Shown: positions 36,571 to 50,140 of the stretch, piece by piece
Numbering within the stretch: position 1 is the stretch's first letter
Layout of the letters: every line of letters starts with the position of its first letter
Source: Octopus bimaculoides
Taxonomy: Eukaryota
Reading direction: 5' to 3'
Assembly (NCBI RefSeq): GCF_001194135.2
Contig: NC_068983.1
Coordinates: 82,167,180-82,223,760, forward strand
Length of the DNA: 56,581 bases
The notes under the pieces: generated by a model
Told to the model about the DNA's origin: nothing
The model's database searches: none
What the model saw: the letters and a program-made list of their open reading frames with translations, nothing else
Position numbers and translations under genes: made by a program

Positions 36571-37056
36571 CAATGCTCTAATGATGATGATGATGATGAT
36601 GATGACACCAACGACTACGATGATGATGATGGGGATGATGATGACGGGGAGGATGACGGTGAGGAGGAGGGAGAAGAAGAAGAAGAAGAAGAAGAATCAA
36701 AATTAAAAGCAAAACCAAAGATGAAGTAGATCTTTTATTATTTTTATTATTTTTTTAATTGTTGTGAATGAACAAATATTTTAGTTGATTAATTAAAAAT
36801 GATAGATTTAATTTTATACATTGTAACATGATTATATCAATAAGGTTTCCTAGTTTATACAATTTATATTCATTTAATATTCATATATGGATGTATTTGT
36901 GCAGATATGGGTGTGCAATTAAGAAGTTTACTTCTCAACTGTGTGGTTTTGGGTTTGGTCTCACTTCATGGACTATATTTTTATTGTTTGGCAACTGCCC
37001 CAGGCTGACCACTGTCTTATGAGTGAATTTGGTGGAAGTAAACTGTATTAAGCCTG

Positions 37057-37592
37057 TTGGCCAAGTTCCTTTCAAGCGTTGGGTCTCATGGGGGCCAATT
37101 GGCCAAAAGCCTTTTCAGCGTTGAGCCTCATGGGGGAAAAATTGCTGAGTTCCTTTCAAGCATTGAGTCACACAGAAGCAAAGAGGCTGAGTTTCATTCA
37201 AGCATTGGGCCTTACAGAGTCAAATTCGCTGAGTCTCATTTGAGCATTGGGTCTCATAGAGGCAAAGCGGCTGAGTTTCTTTCGAGTTTTAGGCCTCATA
37301 GAAGCAATGACTGAGACCTTTAGCATTATGTCATGCTTCAGAAGAAAACCCACCAAGACATGCAAAATCACAGTCATGGCAGACACCAGTGTCATGCAAA
37401 TGGCACCTGTGCCGCTGGCACATAAAAGCACTCATTGCACTCTTGGAGTGGTTGGCGTTAGGAAGGGCATCCAGCCATAGAAAACCATGCTAAAACAGAC
37501 TGGAGGATGGTGCAGCCTTCCAGCCTACCAGACCTGGTCAAACCATCCAACCCATGCCAGCGTGGACAATGGGCATTAAATGATGATGATGA
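37057..37592 (+). mobile_element. SINE family C copy with 5' 42-bp minisatellite (about 6 units, 37057-37310)
   Basis: Unit approx. gctgagttcctttcaagcattgggcctcatagaggcaaagtg; the family C 3' end and (GAT)n tail follow. Confidence 0.8.
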
Positions 37593-37654
37593 TGTGTGTG
37601 TGTGTGTCTATGAACTTTAGGTTAGTTAAAATATATCATATTTCAACTTCTAAA

Positions 37655-38331
37655 GTACAGGTGAGAAAGGAACTCTCAAAGTACTAAGATCTGGAAACAG
37701 ATATATCCTCAATATGGAACCTGAAAATAGAAATAATCCCCTTTATACTATGTTCGTTAGGTACAGCTGAAAAGCATACAGACAAATATATAACCAAAAC
37801 ACCAAGACTTAGATATATATATATATAAAATACAGAAAATATCACTGCCACTAAAATATCACTCTGTAAAGCATTTTTAATAAAATAAAAATAATAAAAA
37901 CTAAAGCAGCATGTACCCAAGGTACATAGAGCTGTGCTCAGTAGTGTAGTAAAAGTAAATGATAAAAATAAGAATACTGAATAGTGGTAATAATAATTGA
38001 GAAAAATTTGGTATCTTACAACCTAAACAATATCAGTGATAATCAGTGTACTTGGAAATATAAAAAAGGGACCATGAAAGCATTTGGATGAAAAACCTGG
38101 AATGCCATTCTTGCAGAAGATGCAGAAAAGAATGCTGACTGGTATTGTACATGTCTTGAGAAGAGCATCATCAATTTAAATACTGTGTAAAGGAATTTAC
38201 TGTCTTGTTTATGTTGTTATGGTGACAGCTGAAATCTAATTAATTGATAAACGTATGTATTACCAAATTACACCTCAAGTAACAGAGCAACACTCAGCAA
38301 GATATGGAAGGGAGGCAGAATGCAAAGGGTC

Positions 38332-38364
<33 letters not shown>

Positions 38365-38575
38365 CAACAACAATTATGATAGTAATTGATATTGTATGCC
38401 CTTTTGAGACACAAATAGTCAAGAAGGATGGCAAAACACTAGACATATACACTCCTCTTAAATACGAGATAGCCTGACTATGGAAAATGAAGAAGGTGAA
38501 GATAGTGCCAATTGTTGGATCCTTGGGGACAGTATCAGAAGGCATCAAGAAGAATATAAAGGAAATTATCCTTAC
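37655..38575 (+). mobile_element. Three consecutive R4/Dong-type RLE LINE 3' fragments
   Basis: LSKY*DLETDISSIWNLKIEIIPFILCSLG (37670-37810); LQKMQKRMLTGIVHVLRRASSI* (38110-38180); LKYEIA*LWKMKKVKIVPIVGSLGTVSEG (38455-38570); separated by (AAT)n. Confidence 0.75.
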
Positions 38576-38894
38576 TTTCGGAGTTCAAATTCCACCATGG
38601 CTGACTCTGCCTTTCATCCTTTTGCGGGGAGATAAAATAAGTAACAGTCATACACTGGGGTTGATTAAATTAACTTATCCCCTCTCCCAAAATTTCAGGC
38701 CTTATGTCCATAAGTAGAAAGGATTGATCTTAAAAGTGTGAAAGCCAAAGTAGACCCTAGCAGGATTTGAACCCAGAACATTAAGAACCAGAAGAAATAC
38801 CACAAGACATTTCCCCAATGCTTGGTGGTGTAGCTTCAGCTTTGACCTCCCAACCATATGGTTGGGAAACGAGCTTCTTACCACACAGCTACGC

Positions 38895-38937
<43 letters not shown>

Positions 38938-39596
38938 TACATATATATATANNNNNNNNNNNNNNNNNNNNNNNNNNNNNNNNNNNNNNNNNNNNNNNNN
39001 NNNNNNNNNNNNNNNNNNNNNNNNNNNNNNNNNNNNNNNNNNNNNNNNNNNNNNNNNNNNNNNNNNNNNNNNNNNNNNNNNNNNNNNNNNNNNNNNNNNN
39101 NNNNNNNNNNNNNNNNNNNNNNNNNNNNNNNNNNNNNNNNNNNNNNNNNNNNNNNNNNNNNNNNNNNNNNNNNNNNNNNNNNNNNNNNNNNNNNNNNNNN
39201 NNNNNNNNNNNNNNNNNNNNNNNNNNNNNNNNNNNNNNNNNNNNNNNNNNNNNNNNNNNNNNNNNNNNNNNNNNNNNNNNNNNNNNNNNNNNNNNNNNNN
39301 NNNNNNNNNNNNNNNNNNNNNNNNNNNNNNNNNNNNNNNNNNNNNNNNNNNNNNNNNNNNNNNNNNNNNNNNNNNNNNNNNNNNNNNNNNNNNNNNNNNN
39401 NNNNNNNNNNNNNNNNNNNNNNNNNNNNNNNNNNNNNNNNNNNNNNNNNNNNNNNNNNNNNNNNNNNNNNNNNNNNNNNNNNNNNNNNNNNNNNNNNNNN
39501 NNNNNNNNNNNNNNNNNNNNNNNNNNNNNNNNNNNNNNNNNNNNNNNNNNNNNNNNNNNNNNNNNNNNNNNNNNNNNNNNNNNNNNNNNNNNNNNN

Positions 39597-40767
39597 AACG
39601 TAATATTTAATTGAAATTTAATCATCAATGTACTTTCCCTGATTATCTATGAACTCCTTCCATCTATTTACAAGCTTTTTAATCCCATCAATGTAAAACT
39701 CTTTTGGTTTCAAAACGAAGAACTCTGAAATGTCAGTTTCAAGCTCCTCTTGGCTTGCAAAAGTTATGTTCCTTCAAATGATTCTGTAAACTACGAAACA
39801 AATGGTAGTCTGAAGGAGCAAGGTCGGGAGAATAAGGTGGATGAGGAATGTTTTCCCATCCAAGCTCTTCGATCTTCTGGGGTTGCGCATTGTCCTGATG
39901 AAACATCACCCCTTTTCGATTCACTAAAGCAAGTCTTTTTTTCTTGAAGGCTTGGTTCAATCGCTCTAATTGCTGACAGTAGACTTCAGATGGTAACAAT
40001 TCAAAGGGAATTACTCCTTTGCAATCCTACCAGATAGAAAGAAAATCCTTTTTCCCATGAAGTTCCCTTCTAGGTTGTGGTTGAGCTTTTTCCCTTTTAC
40101 CAAGCCACTGTTTACAACATTTAACATTTCAATAGAAGATCCATTATTCATCAGCAGTCACAAATCTATCCAAAAAGGGTGAAATGAGTTTGCGAGAATG
40201 GAAAGAAGAGCAGATGTCAACTCAGGATTTTCAGTTGCATTCGGACAATTCATGAGGCACCCATTTGCCAAGTTTAGGAACCTTTCCAAGTTGTTGAAGA
40301 TGACGATGAACAGTTGTATGGTTTGAACTAAGCTTTACTACCAATTCTTCAACTGATATTGCAGGATTTTCTTCAAGTAATGCCTCAAGGAGCTTATCAT
40401 CAAACTCAACTGGACGTCCTGTTCGATGTTCGTCTTCAAGGCTGAAATCTCCACTTCTGAATTCTAGCAAACCATGTCCTGTAAGTTCTTTAATTCAAAC
40501 ATTCTTTCCCATAAACTGAGTGTATGTTTTGAATCCCCTTGGCTGCAGAGTTTCCTTTTTTGCACTCATTATGTGCCTCAAATGCTCTTTGGATACTTCC
40601 ATGTTAGAAAGGGTTTTAATCAAAGAAATTTTAATTCTATTATTCTGTAAAATAATATTTAATTAGTTTAAATGTACACAAATGTATAAAAATAATTTTT
40701 AATTCCATTAGACATTCTAAAATACTATTAAATTTCACTCAATTTCCAAAAAGGTAAAATTGGACAG

Positions 40768-40775
<8 letters not shown>
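39597..40775 (-). mobile_element. Decayed mariner (DD34D) element
   Basis: RTGRPVEFDD, LGKWVPHEL, VTADE (~40147-40161), HQDNA and HPPYSPDLAPSDYHLF motifs; right end in a TA run, left end runs into the gap. Confidence 0.9.
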
Positions 40776-40803
<28 letters not shown>

Positions 40804-41008
40804 GAAATTTATAGAAAAACGAAAGACAAAAACAGGTGTATGAACAACAAGTAAGTGTATTAGTTTGAAGCTTGGGGAAAATGAAAAAGTCTTTTACACT
40901 TCAAGCCTACACTCTTCATAGAGAAGATAAACAGATAAAGCGTGAAAAAAGCTTATAGGTTTCAGCGGTCCAGACACATATATACATATGTATGTACGTA
41001 AGTAAGAA

Positions 41009-41039
<31 letters not shown>

Positions 41040-41178
41040 GCAGATTAAAGAGTGTCAACAAGAACAGTAACTATTATAATCATATTGATATTAATAATTA
41101 TGTTATTAGTGATAATATAAATGAAAATAGTTATTTATGAGTATTTTGTGAGCATGTGCATGTATTGGTGTAAGTCCA

Positions 41179-41366
41179 TCAGCTTGTATGTACATGTGGG
41201 TATGTAATGTGTGTATGGTGATGAGTGTATATGCATATACATGAATATCTGTGGTTTAGTGTAGTCACCAACACCTAACCCGCCTTCTCATTTATTACTC
41301 TTCCACTTCACATATGCATTATTTCATCTCATTATATCTCCTTATAACAAACGCAAGATTATGACA
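41179..41366 (+). repeat. 188-bp direct repeat, copy 1
   Basis: About 90-95% identical by eye to 43341-43528. Confidence 0.9.
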
Positions 41367-43340
41367 TCTAGTAAATTAAATAAAATAATACAAAGTATTA
41401 TTCTTCTACCTTATCTTATGTAAAATATATTTCCTTTTATTTCCTTTCAGCACCAAGAATTAAATAGATTTTTAGAAATAACATTCATCAGAGAGAAAAT
41501 TATATTTATTTGAATTTTTGCAATCTTCATTTTCATCCATTTCCTCAAAGAACAATTAATTACATACAGAGATAGAAACTAAATTTATGTTGATGATTAA
41601 AACAAAAGAAAAAATAAATAATAAAATAATAAGGCAAAGGAAACTGAAATAAAAGAAAGAAATAAGAGAAAGAAAATATTTACTGTAAATTTTGACGAAT
41701 TTGTTTTGACTATTAAAACTGTTTGTCTTAATTGTACTCTAATATAGTACTTGAGAAGTTATTAATTTCATTTCTAGCATTGATGTGTTTTCATAAAATC
41801 TATATAACATGGAATCACAATGACTTTCTATGGATAATATATAAGTTAGAAGCAGCAATCTCTAAAACACTTATTAGAATTTAACAAAGAATGAGTTTAA
41901 TTAATAACTCTCCATTTCCTTTGAAAAATAATTTTTTAATGATAGCCTTGAATTCTAAGACCAATAAAGAAGAAGAAGCAGTAGGGTTATTCATGCCTCT
42001 CCAATGGTTTTTAGCATTAACAATTATCTCTGCATTAAAAAATTATCAGAACTCAAGATCATACTCAAACACAATTAAAGTTCATAGTTAACATTTAGTT
42101 AATTTGATATTTGAAATTCCAAGTATTATGTAGGTGCAGTCATGGCTGTATGGCTAAGAAGTTTGCTCTGCAACCACATGGTTTCAGGTTCAGTCTCACC
42201 ATGTGCTACCTTGGGCAAATGTCTTCTGCTATAGCTTCAGGCTGACCAAAGCCTTGAGTGTAAATTTGGCGGACAGAAACTGCAACAAAAAGTTGTTTGT
42301 GTGTGTGTGTGTGTGCATGTGGGTTGAAATTTGTATGAGCATGCATGTGTGCGTGTCTCTTTGCCTTTATTTTGACATCATGTGTTAATTGTAAACAGAA
42401 GTCACTGTCATATAAATTTTACAGTATAAGTAAGATGAGGTTTTCCCCTAGTTCTGACATTTTTTCATAGAAACTTGCTAATATGCAGTACAATTTATAT
42501 GACAGTGATTTCTGTTTACAATTAACACCTACAGAAAGAGCATTTGGTTGTAAAGAAATCTGCCTCAACAAATTTTGTCTGATCCATGCAAGCATGGCGC
42601 CAAAGATAATTGTGATTAAACAATCTGATATCTGTTTTAATTATTTCAGAACAATGAAAGGCTAAGTTGAACTCAGCATAGTTGGGAAAATAAAATGCTT
42701 AGTTATGAACACATTAACAGCAACTGGCACTTTGGTATAATAACTTAATCACTCAATTTTTAGTGTAAGTTTATAAAACATTAAATGCATGCATCAGTTT
42801 GAGACAGGAAGATGACACTCAGACTTAAGCCATGCATTTATTGCTTAATAAGTAAATTTATTACCAAATACACTACAAAGTGGTTGATTAAACAGCAGAA
42901 ATATTTGATTTGAGGTGATTGAACAGTGGAAATAATTTGCGATTTATATTCCATCAGAAGATCCCTTTCTCTTGGTTTCAAATTAACCTTTATAATGTTT
43001 AATTTCTTTGTCCAGTTTCTGGTGTGAACATGAAACATATAGGGAGAACATCAGAGGAAGGAAACAATTGTGTCAAGGACTCTGGACCAATATTTCCTCT
43101 AATTTTTGCAAGTTGATGTGGGCAAAGATTTTCTTATGTGTAAATTTTTCTATTTCTTATTCTTTTATCTTTCACTTGTTTTACTCAATAGACTGCAGCC
43201 AGACTGTGGCACCACCTTGAAGGGTTTTAGTTCTTATTTTCAAGTCCAGTCTGGTACTTATTCTAGCGGTCATTTTTGTCAAACTGCTAAATTACAGGAA
43301 CATAAACAGTCCAACAGTCAAATGGTTGGACTGTTTATGT

Positions 43341-43528
43341 TCAGCTTGTATGTACATGTGGGTATATAATATGTGTATGGCTATGAGTGTATATGGATAT
43401 ACATGAATATCTGTGATTTAGTGTAATCACCAACACCTAATCCGCCTTCTCATTTATTACTCTTCTACTTCACATATGCATTATTTCATCTCATTATATC
43501 TCCTTATGACAAACGCAAGATTAAGACA
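43341..43528 (+). repeat. 188-bp direct repeat, copy 2, inside a family A SINE (43165-43665, minus)
   Basis: SINE tail precedes it and SINE head follows it. Confidence 0.88.
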
Positions 43529-45303
43529 CACACATACATGTGATAGGTTTGTTCAAAGTTTCTGTCTACCAAATCTTCTCACAACATATTGGCTGGTTTG
43601 GAGCTACAGTAGAAGATACTTGCCCAAAGTGCCATGTAGTGAGACTGAACCTGAAATCATCTGAATGCAAGTGTGTGTAACCATATGAATAACCAAATTG
43701 AATTTTTTTAAATCAATTTTTTCTAGAAAACCTCACTAGCACGTATTTTCTCTCTTGTACATTAGTTATAAAACATGTGTACATAGACAGAAACACACAA
43801 CTTACAGAAAATAACATTCAGGGTTTTAGGTATGACAGACAGGATGACACAAGATCAAGAAGATTGACAATATAATATATTGAAAACTATTGAAATGTAT
43901 AATGTATTGAAAAGTATCTTAATTCAAATCAACTTGGTGTAATGAACAACATTAAGATTGTGGTAACTTTATACTATTTTAATTCAAATTGAAAAAAGTA
44001 ATGTGAAATTCTGTAACAATAATGTGAAATTCCTTAACACAAAAATTGGTGAGTTGATAGAAAAATAAAGTAATGGTTTCAGTCACTGGACTGTGACCAA
44101 ATTGGGGCACTGTCGTCAAAGCTGTAGTCAATCATAATACCTCTCTAATATCTATTTTAGTCTTGTATTTTCTGATCCATATTTGTCAAGATGTGAGAGG
44201 ACACAACATAAACAATTTCATTGATGTTCAAACTGCTACAACAGGGATATTGACAAGATATTGGTCAACTACTTACAAGGTATTGGTCAACCCAAGCCTA
44301 TAAAAAAACACAGATACTCAATATGTCACACATTGAGACTGAACCTGGTACCATGAGCTAGCAAAGTAAACTCCTAAATGACACAGTGATAGTTTCTTGC
44401 ATCTAGGTTCTGCTTTTAAAGTTCACTAGAGTTAACTTCACTTTTTCTACCTTCAGAGGCCACCAATTAAATAATGTGCAACTAAGGTTGCATTTAGAAA
44501 AAGCAGCTAAATTACCCTTGAATGCATGTTAAAATTGATATATTGGATAATGTGGTCTAGGATGCAAATAATACAACTGTCAAATAGGATGATGATAGTA
44601 TGAAAATGGTCATGGATCCGAGATCTGTTCAGTTAGCACAGGCCTAGGGTTAAAGATCCACCACTGTGTAAGTAATAGAAATAAGATATGATCTAGATAT
44701 TCTAGTGCAATTTACTGTTGAAATTGTCTTTTCCACTCTAACCATTCTACTATCTAATAGAACTATAAATAACATAAAAACTATGAAATAGAAACAAAAT
44801 AGGGAGATAAAATGAACTTATGAGAGAAAAAATATGGAGAGATAATAAAAAGGAATAACAAACAGAGAGAGAGAGAGAAAGTGGGGATGAAAAATGTCAG
44901 AAAAACTAGGCTACTTTACAGAAAGAAAAAAACATTTTCCATCATATCTGTTTAGCATATTTATATCCTTACAGGTGTTCCTTACTGCTATTGTTTCTGT
45001 TGCTAATATTGGTGTCGTTGATGTTGTTTTGTTAAATTCCTACATAGCATATTGAGCTTCATGACTTTTATTTTCTTTCATAAAGAATTGGAAAATGATA
45101 GTCTGCAAGTAGATGTTCAATAATTGAAATTATTCTTTAAATTATATGCCTCCAAGATATGTATGCTCCAAGAATGATTAATTTTCTAATGCCTTCTAAT
45201 TACTAGAAGCAAGGTACTAATCCTTAGCTACTGACTTTACAATATGTAAGCATGTATGTGTTTGTGTATATATATGTATGGGCACATGTGTGTGCATCTA
45301 TGT

Positions 45304-45405
<102 letters not shown>

Positions 45406-45864
45406 ATATATATATAAATACACACACACTCATATGTATATGTATACACATATATATGTATGTATGGATATAAATGTATATTTTTATCTTTATGCATGTG
45501 TGTGTTCGTGTGTGTTTGTGTGTGTGTGTGCCTTAGTAAATAATTCATTTTAAATGAAGAAGCATAAAATTTGTTTTTGATTTATATTGTCTTTAACTGA
45601 ATATTGATTTATATCATTTATATTAACTTCAATTTTCAATGAATCTAGAAAAACTTTGTGATTCTTTCAATAAAAAAAGTTATGTTCTAAGTAACATATA
45701 GACAATCTTTTGAATAACAGAAAAAAAACTGTCATAACTACATAGTATGATAAATATGAAATACACAAAAAAGTATATTGTTGCTGTACACATCACTAAA
45801 CATACACTCATATACACACACACACATACACACAAATACATACATATATATATGTACATATGTT

Positions 45865-45909
<45 letters not shown>

Positions 45910-46519
45910 ATGAATGTAGGTTTGTACATATGCATGTATGTATGTATGTATGTATGTATGTATGTATGTATAGAATTTAATTTTTATATGTATGTACATA
46001 CATATAAAAAGTAAATTATTTATTCTACCATTGCACAGCCTTCTCATCTTATATCACTTACTCATATCTCTGCCTTTCATACTTTTTTCACTTATCCCTT
46101 TCTTTCTGTAAAGGTGTCGGTGGCATCTTTACAGGGTGAAAGAGGTCCCCAGTGTGAGACATAGAGTCATAAGGTTCCTTTAACAGTGTTGAGGACATGA
46201 TTGCTTCTCTAGTGTTGCAGTCATGTAAAGCAGATCTGGTACACTGTAAAGAGTAAGCTTGTGAAAACCCTCTAGCCTTGTCAAGGACATGACATCTCTC
46301 TAGAAGCCGGAGCCATAAAAAAAGTACACAGTATTATCTGTAAAGTGGTTGATGTTAAGAAGTACATTTAGCCAAAGAAACCAAACCGAAATTGAAATAC
46401 AAATATGATGTGGTCCTTCAATACATCAAAGTGAGTAGTAACCCTGACCCTGAATAAGTACTGATAACTTGTTCAACCTTTCCCTGTTTGGAAGATGGAC
46501 ATAAAAGAATGATGATAAT

Positions 46520-47355
46520 AATGATTTCAAATTTTGGCACAAGGCCAGCAATTTCGAAGGGAGGGGTTTAGTCAGTTACATCAACCTCATTACTCGACTG
46601 GTACTTATTTAATCGACCCCTGAAAGGATGAAAAGCAAAGTTGACTTCTGCGGAATTTGAACTCAGATCATAAAGATGAATGAAATGCCACTAAACATTT
46701 TGATCGGCATGCTAAGAATTCTTTTCTACTCTAGGCACAAGGCCAGACATTTGGGGGGCTAGATGATTAGATCGATCCCAAGTATGCAATTGGTATTTAA
46801 TTTATCGTCCCCGAAAGGATGAAAAGCAAAGTTAACCTCGGTGGAATTTGCATTCAGAATGTAGCAGCAGACGAAATACCGCTAAGCATTTTACCCAGTG
46901 TGCTAACGTTTCTTATTTCTTTACTGCCCACAAGGGGCTACACACAGAGGGACAAACAAGGACCACAAACAAATTAAGTGGATTATATCGACCCCAGTGG
47001 GTAACCGGTATTTATTTAATCGATCCCGAAAGGATGAAAGGCAAAGTCGACCTCGGCGGAATTTGAACTCAGAATGTAGCAGCAGACGAAATACCGCTAA
47101 GCATTTTGCCCAGCGTGCTAACGTTTTTTATTTTTTTACTGCCCACAAGGGGCTACACACAGAGGGGCAAACAAGGAGACAGACGGATTAAGTCAATTAT
47201 ATCGACCCCAGTGCATAACTGGTACTTATTTAATCGACCGCAAAAGGATGAAAGGCAAAGTCAACCTTGGCAGAATTTGAACTCAGAACGTAGCGGCAGA
47301 CAAAATACCGGTAAGCATTTCACCTGGCATGCTAACGTTTCTGCCAGCTCGCCAC
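46520..47355 (-). mobile_element. Cluster of four family B SINEs, including two near-identical tandem copies (about 46910-47120 and 47125-47355)
   Basis: Repeated tttactgcccacaaggggctacacacagagg tail and gaaaggatgaaaggcaaagtcgacctcggcggaatttgaactcagaa core. Confidence 0.9.
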
Positions 47356-47845
47356 CTTTGATAATGATATATGTACAGTGATGCATTATCACTAGAAAAA
47401 GAGTTATATGTTATGGACCTCATTGCTATAGCACAATGATTTTCAGCTTGTTCCTATTCTCAAACAATGAATAAGGAGCTAAAAGTGTCAGCACACCATC
47501 AACTTCTAAAAAAACGTTACATGAAAAAATAAAATTCGTATTAAAATTGCTTTAAAAGAAAGATTGATTCACACAAAAGATGGAGACCTGGTGGAACCTT
47601 TATCACACATGCTTTGTGGCATCTCTTCTATCTTTATGTTCTCAGTTCAAATGCTGCCAGGGTTGACTTTGCTGTTCATCCTTTTGGAGTTAAGAAAATA
47701 AATACCACTTAAGTACTAGGATCGATGTAATCAGTTTATCCCCTCCCCCAAAATTGTTAGCCTGGTGCCAAAATTTGAAACCAAATTGCTGCAAACCACA
47801 GCCAATAAAAATGCTAGCTATATTGGACAATGTAGACTTAGATAC

Positions 47846-48010
47846 TGTTGTGTCGACACCTCCAGGCGAAGAAGTAGGATCTCCCAAGACATATAAATAG
47901 AGGTAGTCTGAACGTGGTAGAGCGTTGAGTAGCAGTCGAGTAGCAGTTATGTAGCAGTTGAGTAGAGATCATCAGAAGGTGCTAGATAGCAGTAGCATTG
48001 AGACATAACA
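47846..48010 (+). mobile_element. Solo LTR (165 bp) of the Mag-like Gypsy family at 6546-8921
   Basis: TGTTGTGTC...GACATAACA inverted termini (8/9), perfect 5-bp TSD GATAC (47841-45 / 48011-15), TATAAATA at 47892-47899; the last ~53 nt differ by one base from 8825-8877 (reverse complement). Confidence 0.93.
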
Positions 48011-48144
48011 GATACACAAAACAATGAGTTGGACATGGCATGCTTTTGGTCATAGGTCAGTTTGATCTGAACTATTATAGGACTAAGCAGTAGTGCTAAA
48101 TCTGTGCTTTAATAATCAGATGTAAAATCTACAGAAACGTATTC

Positions 48145-48420
48145 ATGTGTCATGAAAATAATCTGATGGAAGTTGGTTCACAAATAGTAGAGCCTATTCG
48201 CTGGTGGTTTTTGGTAAGGTATGTAATTGCCTTGCAGAGTGGACAGAATGTTTTATTCATGTCAAACCACCTTACTGTCACCAAGACTTTCAAGGACATA
48301 GAGTTGGAATTCTCCAGTGATTCAGCTGTTGAAGTCACACTGGCAATCACTGATGAGGGGGAAAAAATGATTGCTTTACATATCTTTCTAATACTTGAGA
48401 AATGCCTTGCTGTATTTAAT
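48145..48420 (+). pseudogene. Possible decayed RTE reverse-transcriptase fragment
   Basis: LFMSNHLTVTKTFKDIELEFSSDSAV loosely matches RTE LFNLxRLxAKTK...ELxFADD. Confidence 0.3.
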
Positions 48421-49729
48421 TACAAGTTTCGTATTCAAGTTCAAATTTGGCAAAGCTAAACTTTACCTTCCATCCTTCCAGAGTTAACAAAATGAAGTAC
48501 TGAGTCAATTTGTATTTCAATGAAACATCCTACATGTGGATTGAATTATAACAGAAGACAAGTCTTGATAACTTAAAAGTTGGTAGAGCTCAGATTTTCT
48601 TGTTCCTATATCTAAGATTAAGTATAATAAGTAAAAATACATATTTAGAAAAGATACGAGAAGAGCCAAATCCCAATAACACTGTTTCAAGATAATGGCT
48701 TTATATATTTAACATGTCTCTTTAACACACTTCTAAAACCACTTCTTTCCTCTATCTTCCTTCACCAAGCTATAGCAGCTACATCATTATTCACCACCAC
48801 ACCACTCCTCCAACCCCTTACAATACACAACTATAAGCACCGGCACCATAACTAATAGCACCATCTTCACCATTTTCTTCATCGTCATCTTCAACATCCA
48901 CACTGTAACACGTTTGTAGCCATCAGCATTCTTCTATCAAAAACTGAATATGAAGAATGTAATAAAACAACAAACTCTTCCCCCTACACCAAACCACGAG
49001 AAATGACAAAGGTAAAACAGAATCAACCTCTAAATTAATGCTGAGTTTCTTTCAAATTACTGCTTAAAAGCTAATTAGAATTCTACAGCATATTTCCATA
49101 TTTCACTTTCTAACAAAATTTAAATTTTTACCTATGTTATAGCAGAAAACAGCTTCAGAATTAAAACCTATCTTGCCTGCTGGCTAGTCAGAAACAATTT
49201 TTACTCTCTTTGAATATCTTAATCTGAGAATAAAGTATAATAAAATATCTTACCAGAGGAATTTGTTTCCAAAATTTTGAAATGTAAGTATTGATTGAAG
49301 CAACTTAGAAAAACAAATATTTTTGTTTGTTTTAATTTCAAGGCATTTTTACATCACAGCTATTTTTTAAATTTTTATTATTATTATTGTCATGGGTTTG
49401 TTCTTTCTACCAAAATAATAGCAGAATTGAATTCTTTGGAATAGATATGTTAAAAAGCTGGATGCCTTTCAAACTGGTAACTATTATATGCCTGAAATTA
49501 AGAAGATAGTTGGTTAGTTTTTATGCATTCAAATAAATGAAGATGATGCTGAAATTGAACGTATACAATGGATAGAATAAATTTTAGTTAAGTGAAAATA
49601 ATATTTTTAAAATTATAGCACTGTCTCAGCTATGACTACACCACTATGAAAGGAATGCAGTGTATTTATGAATAAGCTTTAGCAGGCTATAAATGGAAGA
49701 TGATTTAACATACTATTATGTTGCACATA

Positions 49730-49883
49730 TATGGGTGTGTGGTAAGTAGCTTGCTTACCAACCACATAGTTCCAACTTCAGTGCTACTGCATGGCCCCTT
49801 GTGCAAGTGTCTTCTAGCCTCGGGCCAACCAAAACCTTGTGAGTGGATTTGGTAGACGGAAGCTGAAAGAAGCCCATTGTATA

Positions 49884-49920
<37 letters not shown>

Positions 49921-50140
49921 ATGTGTGTATATGTTTGTGTGTCTGTGTTTGCCCCTCTACCATCGCTTGACAACTGATGTTGGTGTGTTTACATCCCCGT
50001 AGTTTAGCGATTTGGCAAAAGAGACCAATAGAATAAGTTCTAGGCTTACAAAGAATAAGTCATGGGGTCCATTTGTTCGACTAAAGGCAGTGCTCCAGCG
50101 TGGCCACAGTCAAATGACTGAAACAAATAAAAGAATAAAA
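49730..50140 (+). mobile_element. Full-length SINE, family A
   Basis: Matches the family consensus from head to tail. Confidence 0.88.

Noticed and set aside
41179-43528. The 188-bp direct repeats as LTRs of a 2.3-kb element
   Set aside because: No TG..CA ends, PBS, PPT or TSD, and the interior is ordinary intron-like DNA with SINE pieces.
48135-48213. Exon-like segment ending at TTG|gtaagg
   Set aside because: The frame continues through the donor into RT-like sequence, so a decayed LINE is the simpler explanation.
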